Shown: piece by piece, positions 48,480 through 59,729 of the stretch
How the letters are laid out: every line of letters begins with the position of its first letter
Numbering within the stretch: the first letter of the stretch is position 1
From: Anthoceros angustus
Lineage: Eukaryota; Plantae; Anthocerotophyta
DNA length: 64,000 bases
Direction: 5' to 3'
Assembly: GCA_010909165.1 (NCBI GenBank)
Contig: MU008161.1
Coordinates: 1,116,001-1,180,000 of the forward strand
Program-made: the position numbers and the translations under genes
Notes under the pieces: model-generated
What the model saw: the letters and a program-made list of their open reading frames with translations, nothing else
Databases searched by the model: none
Told to the model about the DNA's origin: nothing

Positions 48480-51400
48480 AGGTGTACGTACCCGCCTCCT
48501 TTATTGTACATACCTGTGGCGCGACTCGCTGACGGCCAGCCGGGCGCGCACAATCCCGTGTCGTTGTAGGAAGGAGTCCGTTCCCAAGGGAATAATAGGC
48601 TGCTTGTCGCTTCGCATTTACTTACTTCACTTTGCGTCCGCTCTCGCCTCAACGCACATTCTACCGTGATCTAACTACTGCAACGCTCACCGCACATGCC
48701 CGGTGGCTAAACGCTTAGGGACCCGTCACCCAGATCGCTCACGTCACTTGCACCTCTAGTCCGCTCTTCTCTCCACTCACACCACACTACCGCCTTAGGG
48801 AAAACGCTGGGCTACATGCCCGACCTCCTCCGCTGCTCGCTGCCTCCGTCCGGCACTACACGCCTCCCGAGTTCCTCCACACGCTCCGGCCTGCTCACGC
48901 CGGGCCGCCTCGACGAACACGGGTCCCCCACCCTTCTCTCGCACACACCACCACACGTTAGGGTCCGACCGTAACCTTGACTGGGCCTCCGGCCGCTGTG
49001 GCTCGCCATGACTCAGACTCGTTTAGCAAGAAGACGACAAGGGCCGCAAGAAACGCCAGATCAACACCAAGAGAAAGATACTTTACTTAGAGCACCTTTC
49101 TTATACTACGCCGAGGTTTTATTACACCCCTATTCTCGAGCCGGTGCACCAAGACGCCCTAATCGCCGCCTACCATCCTATTCCTCCCTCCTATCTCCTT
49201 CGCTCGGTGGCTGGAAGGTCCGGTTCCGCCGGATTGGTGGTCCAATCTCCGCCTCGACATACAAGACCTAATCGGATGATCCGCGAGGCGGGACCCTTCC
49301 TCTTTAATCGTCAGTTGGCACACATGGCTGACGACCACATTACAACGCTGCTTCGTTCCCCAAAGGTCCGTCTAGGGCCACCGATCACCGCTTCCCAACA
49401 GAAGCTCCGGGACTCCTCATTTCCCGAGTCCGGACTGGGTCCGGCCTCGACTCCGAGTCAACTCGGAGTCTCCTTCCCCGAGTCCGGCCCCACTGGTCCG
49501 GCCTCATCTCGGGTCCCCACTCAAGGTCCGAACTTATTACGGGTCCGGCCTCCACGCCCGGACTTACCCGCGGACCTCTTATCGCTAGGTCCTCATCCTT
49601 CCCACCGACCCTTGTCTTGGGCCTTTGGGCTTCCTCCTTCCACTCCCCTTCAAGGCCCCCGCCTATCTTCCCGAAAGGTGCTGCGCCGGACTTACTCGGG
49701 ATTCGCTTGTATCGGCCCCGCCTCCTCCCGATGCTCTTCTCCCCGCTACTGCCTCCAAACAGGGTTACTAGAGTCCTCGTGTCTGCCCTTCATCCCCTTC
49801 TCGAGCCTTCCAGGTCCGTCATTTTGCGGGCACGAGAGGCCAATGTCTTAAGGAGCTGATGGTAATAGGCAAAGTCCGAATCAACTTGTCAATTGCCTCT
49901 TCCACGGTGCCCGAGCACCGATACCCTTCGCCATAGGTGTTCCTGTCAAGGCGTCTGCTTGTTGGGCCACCTCCCCGCCAGTTTGATACCGAGCCGGCCA
50001 GATCACGCGAGGCTAAGGGCGGCCTTGGCCTCCGCAGCCGCCACTGCTGCTCCGCCCGCCCAGCCTCGGCTGCTCGCTCACGCTAGCTTACCCGCCATAG
50101 CGCAGCTGCTCCTTCCGCTTTCTCTCAATCGGACCAGCTTTCTTCTGGCCCAGCTCTCGCCTCCGCTCATTCCGGGCCAACTCCGCCATCTCCTCTCCAA
50201 AGTGGCGGGCACTCGCTCATCATGGCCTCGCCTGTCCTTCTCCATTTCGGCGACGCCCCGCCCTGCTCCATCGCCAGCATTTCCTCCGTCCGCCAACAGC
50301 CGGAGCTTATTTCGCTCGGACGCGATCCCCGCCTCTAGCCATCCGCACCATTCTCACGCCCGCACTACCATTCCTCTCGATGGTAGTCAGCCTGTGGTCT
50401 CCTTGCGGCATCTCCTCCCCGGCCCACCACGCAAGACCGAGATCCTCCATCTCCTTGCGGCTTCCTCCTCCCATGGTCCCTGCACTGCCCTCCGCCTCGC
50501 TCCTTCTTCAGTTAGTCAGCCTATCCTCGCTGCCTCCACCGGTTCCGATCACGCCTGATAGTGATCCGGCTTGCCTTAGCAATGGCTTCCGCCTCCTTGT
50601 CCTTCACTGAAGCCCATTTGGCTGGTCCACGGCCGCCTCCGCCAGCACGAGCCTTCTCTTGCGCCTGGCCTCCTCCGCCTCCCGCGCACTCCCTCCGCCC
50701 GCAGAGGTCTTCCGCCTGCTTGGGCCTCTCAGGCTCGCTTCACCGCCACCCAAGGAATTTAGTCCGGCCCCGCTGGATGGACCGACTTCCTCCTCGGCCT
50801 CCCGCTTCCTTCCTCGATGCCGAGAGCTTCCTCCTCCTGCCTCCCGGGCCTCCAACCGCCTCCCCGAGGAGCACCATACGCCCGGTGGCTTCTACCTCCC
50901 GGTCTTCGGCCCCGGGAGACCCCAAAGCATACTGGCACGATTTCAGCTGTGGATCCGTGTTTCTTCCACGGCCGCCACCGGTGAGGCTCCCCACAAAGTC
51001 CGTAGTGGTCCCGCTGACCTCCGCCTCCTTGGGCGGCCCTCGCCTCCCACTTTTTGCACTGCAAGGGGTGGGCACCGGCACCGTCTCGAGGTGCTGGTAG
51101 ACGCTGCTTGCGCCTCCCCCGCCGAGTCCGGGCGGCTCGGTCATGGCTGGTCACTGGCTACCGGAGCCAATCCAACTCCCGCCTCCGCTGCTCCTCCTCT
51201 GGTTGCTTGAGGAGGCACTGTGAGAAGGGAAGCGGGATTTCCTCCCATACTGGGTGGTGAGGGGTCCGCCCACGATGGAGTCCTAATCCTCCCGCCCGCC
51301 TCCTCCCAGTCCGTTTGGCCTTAGAGGTCCCCCACCCTGCGCCTTGCACGCCTCCACTTCCTAGGCCTCCACCTCCCGAGCGCCCGCCGATCTCTCCTCC

Positions 51401-52750
51401 TTCAGATTTCAAAATGTCCCCATACATGATCGTATGGGACACTGATGGCGAGGGCTTCGCCTCCTCACCATGGGCCTCCCGATCGAACTGGCGAAGATAA
51501 TCCTTCCTCACCGCCTCTTCCCCAGAACGCATGCGTGAATACTATAGTTATCACCAAGGTGATCCACCTTGGTGAGCAGTGTCCAATGGACAATCCGCTC
51601 TTACCTACTTCCAGCAGTCCGACATCAACCACTGGTTGTCCGCTGCCCAGTTCGTGATCGCCACTGCTGGGCCCTTTCCCTTCCCTTGAGGGGCCTGAAC
51701 TACGCCTTCTTCCTCCTTTGGGCCAGAGTCGCCTCAGACCTCCAAGGTCCATCGCCTAGATCCTCCCGAGGTTCTTGGATCAACCTCCTTGTTGGCCGCC
51801 AACATCTTCGAACTCCCGACTGTGAGTGACTCCAAACGCCCACACTGAACACATCCAAGTGCCACTCCTCGACTAATTCCGCCTCCAGCCTGTGGCCCAA
51901 AGTCCGGATAGGCCGTCACAATGTTGCGCTACTGTGTTCCATGGCTCCAACTCCCAGCCTTTTGGGTGCCACGCTTCTTCCCTCGTAGCCGCCGGAGTCC
52001 ACGGCACGATGCGCTTGCGCCGCTTCCAACCCCGACGGTGAGCCGCTCGAGATGCTTGGGCGCCAAAGAGATAGCGCCAGAGAGCCGGATTATGGAGCGC
52101 AAGAGATCATGAGAATTGTCTCGAGGTCAAATAAATGACCTCCTCTTGGCCGCGCCTTTGGGAGTAATCACGGGCGGAAGGCGCCTCGTCTGAATCGCCA
52201 GAGGTCCGTATGGCTTACTCGACCTACGCCCACTCCGCCTTACGCCACAGACCGCCTGCCACAGCCTTTACGCCACAAGGCAGCTCATGGGGCGTGAATA
52301 CCGCTTATAACGGCCCCGCAAGGCTACTGCCTCCTCACGATGCCCGACCTCCACTCAGTGGCCGCCCACGTCGCCGCTTAGTCATCCTCACGACTCAACT
52401 TCTATTTACTTTCCGATTTATCCTGTTTTGACCCGGAGTGGGGTCCAGACTTATCCCGTTCAACCGACGTAGTCCGGTGCTCGCCCTGGTGGTTCCGAGG
52501 TACGTTGCCCACTCCAGAGTCCAGTCCGGAGTGCTATCCGTGCTTATTCCTCCTTTTCCGCCTTATTTTACTATTCCAACCTACCAAAAAAACAAAGCCC
52601 CCCTTAATTCCTACCCCCCAAGGGAAGTCCATAGCCCACAATACCTCAAATGTAAGGTGCAATAAACCATTTTTATCTTTCCATCAAAGACTAAGGTAAA
52701 GTTTCCAGGTTAACCTAATAAATCTTAAACCCAAGCTTCTCTCCAACCGA
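48480..52750 (-). mobile_element. Heavily degenerate retroelement 3' region with long broken ORF (about 52100 to 49900) and GGTCCG-rich internal repeats (49360-49620)
   Basis: Purine-rich, frameshifted, acidic/coiled-coil-like reading frames. The T-rich leader (52560-52620) resembles the one after the integrase at 62330-62400. No catalytic motif is intact. Confidence 0.45.
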
Positions 52751-53340
52751 AGCATTATGAGCAGGTGCTGCAGGGTCTTCTTATGGATTCTTATATTCCT
52801 GAGGTATCACTTTTTGAACAATTAGCTCTACTTCCTAGATGTGGGTGCGCTATGCCATGCGGTTTTTCTCGTTGGTAGGGTGAAGTATGTAGCAAGAATG
52901 TTCATAGAGGACGTATGTATGGCCTCGCCTCCAGGAATGGCAATGGAGGAGGCTGGAGAGAGCAATGGCAGAGGCTCCACTTCTTTTGAAGGATGCTGGA
53001 GGGAGTCATGAAAGGGAGCAATTACTGGAGGATGAAAGATGCGGGAAGATGTTGGAGGACGCTGGAGGGAGTGATGGCACATGCACAAGTAGGAAAGTAA
53101 GATTGTCGGGGCCAAAATATGAGGGATCAATTCTAGGTTATGGGTGTATGTGGATCAAAAAGATAGAAGTGCAAGTTTGGTAGCGCTTGGAATCCAATGT
53201 GGCCATGCTCTTTCCACTTCTTATGGTAATTTTTTCCTCATCTTCATCACCATGTCTTCCATACTGCGTTGTTGGGAGTGGCACAATAGTAAGGTCTGGG
53301 AGGTCGTGGCGGCAAGGCCGGCGGTGAGCCGGGTTCCAGG

Positions 53341-53650
53341 TTTAGGGTTCACAAGTATAGGGTTTCACAGGTTTAGGATTTTGCAGCAGTTGATCTTCAA
53401 GGTTTAGGGTTTCACAAATTTAGGGTTCCACAGGTTTAGGATTTAACAAGTATAGGGTTTCACAGGTTTAGGGTTTTGTGGCTCTTGATCTTCTAGGTTT
53501 AGGGTTTTACAAATTTAGGGTTCCACTGGTTTAGGGTTTTATGGCAGCTGATCTTCTAGGTTTAAGGTTCCACAAGTTTAGGGTTTTTGCGCAGCTGATC
53601 TTCCAAGTTTAGGGTTTCACACATATAGGGTTCTACAGGTTTAGGGTTTT
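53341..53650. repeat. Phased array of 16 telomere-type cores (10 perfect TTTAGGG, 6 variants) spaced 15-16 or 31 bp apart
   Basis: Cores at 53341, 53356, 53372, 53403, 53419, 53435, 53451, 53467, 53498, 53514, 53530, 53561, 53577, 53608, 53624 and 53640. Confidence 0.93.
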
Positions 53651-53739
53651 ACAGTAGCTGATCTTCCAGGTTCAGTGACGGATACCGGATATATTTGATG
53701 AACAAATCAGAGAGTGGAGCGCCCTGGTTTTGGATAAGG

Positions 53740-54815
53740 TTCTTTCACATTATTTTTTCCATGGGGCCTCTTTCTTCCGCTTCTGGGAAGGACACTCCTT
53801 GCCCTGCCTGCGGAATTTTATATAAGGGTGTTGTTGGTGCAAAGAGGTACATGGGCATGATGCACAAGGACTTTGACCGAAATGCTGGAGGGGTGTGAGG
53901 GCTACATCTTCCCATACTCCTTCCTCCTCTCAAGCCCTCCTGAACCTCCGCCAGTCTTGGCTTTTGGTTTTTATGACATGCCTCTGACCCCGCCTTTTCG
54001 ACGCCTCCTGATCGATTGCAAGACGATGTCCGCTTGGCCTCAGCTTCCTTGAGTACCTCACGTAACTCTAAATGGCGGACTTTATTCCTTTCTTCCTTGG
54101 TGTCTCCGCCGCCTAAAGGTGGGAATCTGTCACAAAGAGGTTGCCTCACCTCCACCGCTTCGCCAAGGACCCAAGGTGGTCTTCGTGAAGGGGGCTATCC
54201 CGCCGATCGAGGTTGAGTCTGCTTGATCAGTTTGAAGACCCCGTGAATCAAAAGGGTGCTGCTTGGTCGCCAGGTAGTATGCCAGGGCCGCCCCCTTTGG
54301 TTTGGGAGCCAATGGCTCCGGGGTTCGAGGAGACTATTGCTGCTCTTCGAGCCCTTCACCCGGCTCCAGATGTCCCCATCCCACTAGATATCTTGGAGTT
54401 TGTGGCTGAGGAGCCCTTCTGTCTAGACAGAGTGCTTTTTAGTCGCGCCCTAACTACCGCCCCGCGGTTCTCTTCTGGTGGTCTTTCTAGAATATTCGTG
54501 CACACTTGAAACCTTTTTCGTCCGTGTAGTAGGCTGCAGCCACCAGTCCAACGAAAGTCGTGCGCACTTGAAATCATTTCCCGTCCGGATCCATGGCACG
54601 ATGTCAAGGGCCGATGTGGAGATGCACGAGTCGCTCGACGTGGCTGTCGGATGACGATAGGGCACACCCCCGGTGTGAGCTTCTCCATAGCCAAAAGCTT
54701 GCTGGCTCCCAGCAGTTGTGAAATCTGATAGGGGGTCTCTCCTTGCGCCACACCCACCGCCAAGATAAAGACCTCGAAAAACCACTAGAGGGATCCTCAG
54801 AAGAGAAGTGGTCAT
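53740..54815 (+). mobile_element. CRE-like non-LTR retrotransposon, N-terminal part, with the distal segment inverted
   Basis: + strand: CPACGILYKG..GAKR(Y/H)MGMMH zinc finger, PKGG..HKEV, ETIAALRALHP and RALTTAPRFSSGGLS. Minus strand 54815 to 54600: HFSSEDPSSGF and VAQGETPYQISQLLGASKLLAMEK..GVCPI. Confidence 0.75.
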
Positions 54816-55706
54816 GTGGCTCTCTGTGTATGTTCGAGAAACGGGAGCTCCTTCTGCTTTGCCAAAATGCAAGATTCACAAAGAACTTGTAAGAGAAACG
54901 GTAAGAATCACAACAAGCATATGAATATCTTGGGAATTTTAGACGTGAAGTCAAAACCTCCCTAAGTTAGCACTTAAGCACTAGGAGTTTATGGGTGGAG
55001 TTAAATTGATTTACTACCTTAGCCCTTATTTTTGTATATTAAGTGTTCTTCATCTTCTTCTATTTCAAGTTCATCTTCATAAAAGGCAAACTTTTCCATG
55101 TTCAATGCCCTTGCGGATCCTGAGAGATGATCATTTAAAAAAGGGGAATAATATTTACTGTTTGATAACCAGGTTAGTTATTACATAATTAATCTAACCT
55201 AGTGGTGGCATTTAAGACACTTACTGTACACATACTTGGCGTGTCCAATGTACTCATTCCCTACTAGAAATGGCCCCCTATGTTACAGTCGTTGTTGCAA
55301 TTTTATGTTACACTTGTAACTTGCAACATCATTTGGAGGCTTGGTATTAAGTTTGTCATTTCTTTCCATTGGGCCTACAACAATCGAACCTTGCTCTCTC
55401 CTACCACTTCACCCTCTTAACTACATCCCCTCTCTCATACGCATTGTTTATGAATTCCCTCATGCAAATGCAACATGACCGTAATAAGGACCCCTCTCTC
55501 TCTCTATCATCCCCTCTTTATTACACCCCATTGGAAGTACAATTAGTTAATGTTTTTCCTATTGCTCTTCATTGCACTCTCTCTTCATAACTATTGTTAA
55601 TGGCGCCCAAACCTGGATATCACAGTAACATGCTCATTAATTGTCTCTCATTAATTGTCTCCTTCCTCTACCAGACAGCCATAATTCCTATATCAACCTT
55701 TTTCCC

Positions 55707-55896
55707 TACCATAGCTATTATTGGCTTGTATACTAATTGTTTATGGCTTACCATAGCTATTATTGGCTTGTATACTAATTGTTTATGGCTTTTGCCTGAT
55801 ATATTGGTAGAGATAGAATACACATTACCTTCATACGTACAGGTACCTACTTGTAGATACGGATTTACCTTCATACGTACAGGTACCTACTTGTAG
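55707..55896. repeat. Two local tandem duplications (42 bp x2 at 55707-55790; 32-bp core x2 at 55825-55896)
   Basis: Read directly from the sequence. Confidence 0.85.
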
Positions 55897-55979
55897 GTAT
55901 GGATTTGTACATGAACACTGGATTATCGATTTTTATTTACGATATCGTTCTCTTGCGGTCCGATGGCTATACGCATTCT

Positions 55980-58800
55980 TGTCACCGCCTCTCCTCTTGT
56001 TCTTGCAGCAAAATCGTTTGACTTAATCGGCTTGAACACGCGACCGCTTGTTCGTCACCATCTGCCTCCACTCCACCAACGCGAGTGCATGGACAACTAG
56101 GTTCCTTTATACATACATACCTTGATGTCCCGAAATTGGGAAAGGGTGGTACATGAGGACTAATCCCATGCTTTTGTCCGGTACCCATGAGCAATGGCGT
56201 CGACGTTTCCCCAACCCGTCGGGTCTTTTCACACATGCGAAACCTAGCAATCGTCTTCAACCCACACCTACCGCAATTTCGCTTGTGTCAAAACAAAGAA
56301 TCACAATTGTCATTCATCGAGTCATCGATTCGGGCAGCCACAAGCTTCTCCCTTTCGCCTTCACATCACCAGCGCCCGAACCACATTCATCTAGATGGCG
56401 GCTAACTCATCGAAGCCCTCACTTTCTTCCTACATAAAACTAAATCCTATGCTACTTAGGCTTCTTGCAGACACCCCTACACTCATTGGTTGTCCTCGTG
56501 GAGGATTCTTCTTCTTCTTCCAGTGTAGAACCCGCGTTTTCTTCCTTTGCTTGTTGGTGTCATGCTTGGTGCCCTTTCTCTTCCCTTGCTCACGCCTCAT
56601 GTGCTCGCGTTTCCCACACATCCTTCCACACAGCTTCCTTCTTTTCGACCACCATGGGCTGCAAAAAAATGATGATTTCGCCCATTGCATCGCCATTTGC
56701 ATGACATGTTACACATTTGCACTTACACTTTTCGACACGCTCGTGTGATCCTCCGTGTCGGTGCCACCACTTCCACCTGTTGTCCCCCTTCTTCCAGCTG
56801 CCCACCAGCTTGTCTTCCCTCCCTCTCCCTCGTTGTCCCCCCACCCTCTTCAACGCTTTGCATGTGTCTTGTCCCTCGCCTCTCCATTGCTTCCCTCTTG
56901 CATTCCGTCTCCAAGCATCCACGCATGCCACTCGGTGATCACATCACTCGACAAGCGTTCCCACGCGAACATGCCCCCTCACAGCCACCGTCATGCCTTT
57001 TCCTTTACCTCTCCAATACTCCGGCATGTTCTCCAAGCCATTCCTCGCTGCCCACTTTAGCTCCTCTCCCGTAGTGCTCCCTCCCCACCGTTGCACGAAC
57101 TTCCTTTCAAAGTCTTTCGCCCCTAGAGGACCAAAGGGATTGGTCCCTTGATCATGCTTTGCCGCCTTGCAGCGTTGCGGCGACTTGAGGTGTTGGCCAC
57201 ACCCCCATTCTTGTGCAACGCGTCACCACCCCCTGCTCACGGCCTTCCTCCATGCCTTCGTTGTGACATTCGGCGGATGGAGCCATTTCGCATCCTTACC
57301 CTTCTCCCTCCATATCAATGCTTGCCTCACCTTCTTCCCTCGTTGTGGTTCCTTGTCCGTGATGCACCGCAAACCTCGCCACAATCTCATCCCGGTCGAT
57401 GCACGGAAACTCAATCTCTACCATACTCACCGGCCTCTCCCTCGGACTCTCGTCATGGCTTGTCACGGCACCATCAACGTCATCTTCGCACACTAGCTCC
57501 AAGACACGCGATGGAAGGCCCTCCTCAAGTCCTTCTTCATCCTCCGCATCGGCTGATCCTCATTTTCGACCCAACCTCCATCGCACAGTGGCGATATAAA
57601 CACTCCTCCCGCCCGTGGAGCACTGTCTGACAATGGCGTCGTCGAGTTGCTTACCGGCATGTGGTGAGTTCTCCTATCTCTGCCGGAGTTGCGGTGGTGG
57701 GGCGTCGTCCCCATCACCCGTTCTTCCATCTCACCCACCTCGGCCTCATCCTCGCAATTGTCCTCGTCCTCGCCATTTCCATCCGCCGAGTCGGCCGTCT
57801 CGGCCCTCGCTTGCCCCTCAACCCTGTCCTCATCTCCCACATCCGGTTCTTCACGGTGGAGGTCGGAGCATGCCCTTCCTCTCCTTGGCTCGCGTGCACC
57901 TCGCTCGCATTGCCGTCGGCATAGGCAAGTGGTCCACCTCTCGGGAGGCGGGATGGGCGGCAGTGAGGCGCGCACTGGGGCATCCATGCCACAAGGCGGG
58001 GGACTGTTCGCTCATCCAGGGACCGACCACTCCACGGAAGGGCCACCTCACGCCACTCGAGGACCAAAAACCCTGGAGCAGCCGTCGGCCCATAGGAGGC
58101 GGGTCGCTCCCTCCCAGCGGGGGGTTGATGGTGGGAAGCATCTTCCTTCCCATCCCCACCCTCGGCAGGGGGCAACTTCAGCATCGCCATCACCGCCTCC
58201 TCCAACCTTGGAAGGACACTTGCACTGCCCATCTTCATGGTGGCGCTCCCAGTCCGTTGTCACTGTGCCACCCTCCGCCACGCCCTCTCCAGTCGTCTCG
58301 GATGGGCGCCCGGCCTCTATGGGTCCACCCAGCGTTTCCACCTCCCGGCCGCCGTTTCCCACGCGGGCGTGACACTTCCATGACCCTGTGCCCGCTGCCG
58401 CAGGTCCCTCTCACTCAGCGTGCTTGCCCACCACCCGGCCCGCATCGCCATAGTCGCCATTGCCCGCTGCCCGGCGAGGCGCCTCCTTGTTGCGGCGGCG
58501 CCATCTTCACCGCGGGTGTGTCACGGCGAGGTTGAAGTGCAGCTTAGCGATGCCTCGCCAAATCCTCAGTCCACGTCCCACACCATCTTTGTAATCACAA
58601 AAGTCGAAGCCAGAGCGAACCGAGACAAAAAGAATTGCAACTGCAAGGTTGTGTGTGGATCTGGTCCAGACACAGTGAGGTCCATTAAGCCCTCAATGTC
58701 GCTTGTAGGCTTAGGATTCGCTCCCAAGGGAATGGTTTGTGCCAAGGCGCTAACTTCTATCACCTTCTTCCTAAGTCAAGACTTACTTGCTATTACTCCT
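55980..58800 (-). pseudogene. Degenerate long ORF of unknown type, probably transposon-borne
   Basis: Strong purine bias and protein-like fragments across frames (acidic EDEDNCEDEAEVGEMEE, ELVCEDDVDGAV, KWLHPPNVTTKAWRKAVSRGW), with many stops. Confidence 0.35.
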
Positions 58801-59729
58801 CTTACCTACTCACCACTACTACCTCCCGACTTGTCTAACTACCACGGCCTTATTCCACGACCGCAAATCTTATTCCACGACGCGTGGCTCACCACTACCG
58901 GTAGTTGCTTCGACCACCGAGGTGGGTCCCACCCAAACCCTAGCGACTTATTTCCGCCAAGACGCGCCGCGGATCCTCGCCACGGCGTCCACTGCGTCCG
59001 ACTTTATTCTCGCACTCCACTTCATGCACACACACACCGATTCCTAGGGACCAAATTCCACAAATCCTCACCGCTCACACACACACAAAGGGCGCCACAC
59101 TCACACATTTAAGGGGAATTGTTCCCTTGTGCACACTTCCACCTGCACCGGTTTGGTTTCTTTTGGATTCACACAAATTCCACCGCTAGTCTCTCAATTA
59201 GTTCCCTTCTCAACTCCTCTCACACCTCGCATCGCTGCATGTTTAGTCACTCCTTCACCCAATCTTCTCTCTCTCTCTCTCTCCTCAATTCGCCCGGCTT
59301 CCAACCATCCACTCAACACTTCTCAATTTGAACACAACTAGCAGGGACAAGTGTGAAGGAAAGAAGAACCCCAAGGCCAAAGAAAGGCAAGCAAGCTCCA
59401 GACCGCCCGCGCCAATCCCTTGGTTTCCTCCTCCTTTGTCGCCAAGATTGCTTTATCACCCCTCCTCCCCGGAGCAAGCTCTCGACCACCCCTAGGAGCG
59501 CCTCGCGACACCACCTCCGCTAATCGGACGTCTCCAACCAGCCACTGCAGCGTGGGGATCTCAACCAGAGTTATCCGGCGTGAGGGACCTAATTCGCCCC
59601 TCTTATACATCGGTGGGCACCACCCCGGATTTTAGGTCCTAAGATGGCTATCGCGGACGCGCCCACAATTCGGAGCGATCCTAGGTCGGCAGATCCTAAC
59701 CAAATTATCTTTAGGTTGCTACCACCTCG

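Noticed and set aside
49040-49190. Possible second chromodomain on the + strand (KILYLEHLSY...LEPVHQDALIAAYH)
   Set aside because: Key W residues and the EV..IL motif are absent; resemblance too weak without an HMM test.
59090-59097. TGGCGCCC PBS-like octamers (minus strand here; + strand near 62422)
   Set aside because: Only 8-11 nt of match, no adjacent CA-ending LTR, and the second lies antisense within the integrase tail.
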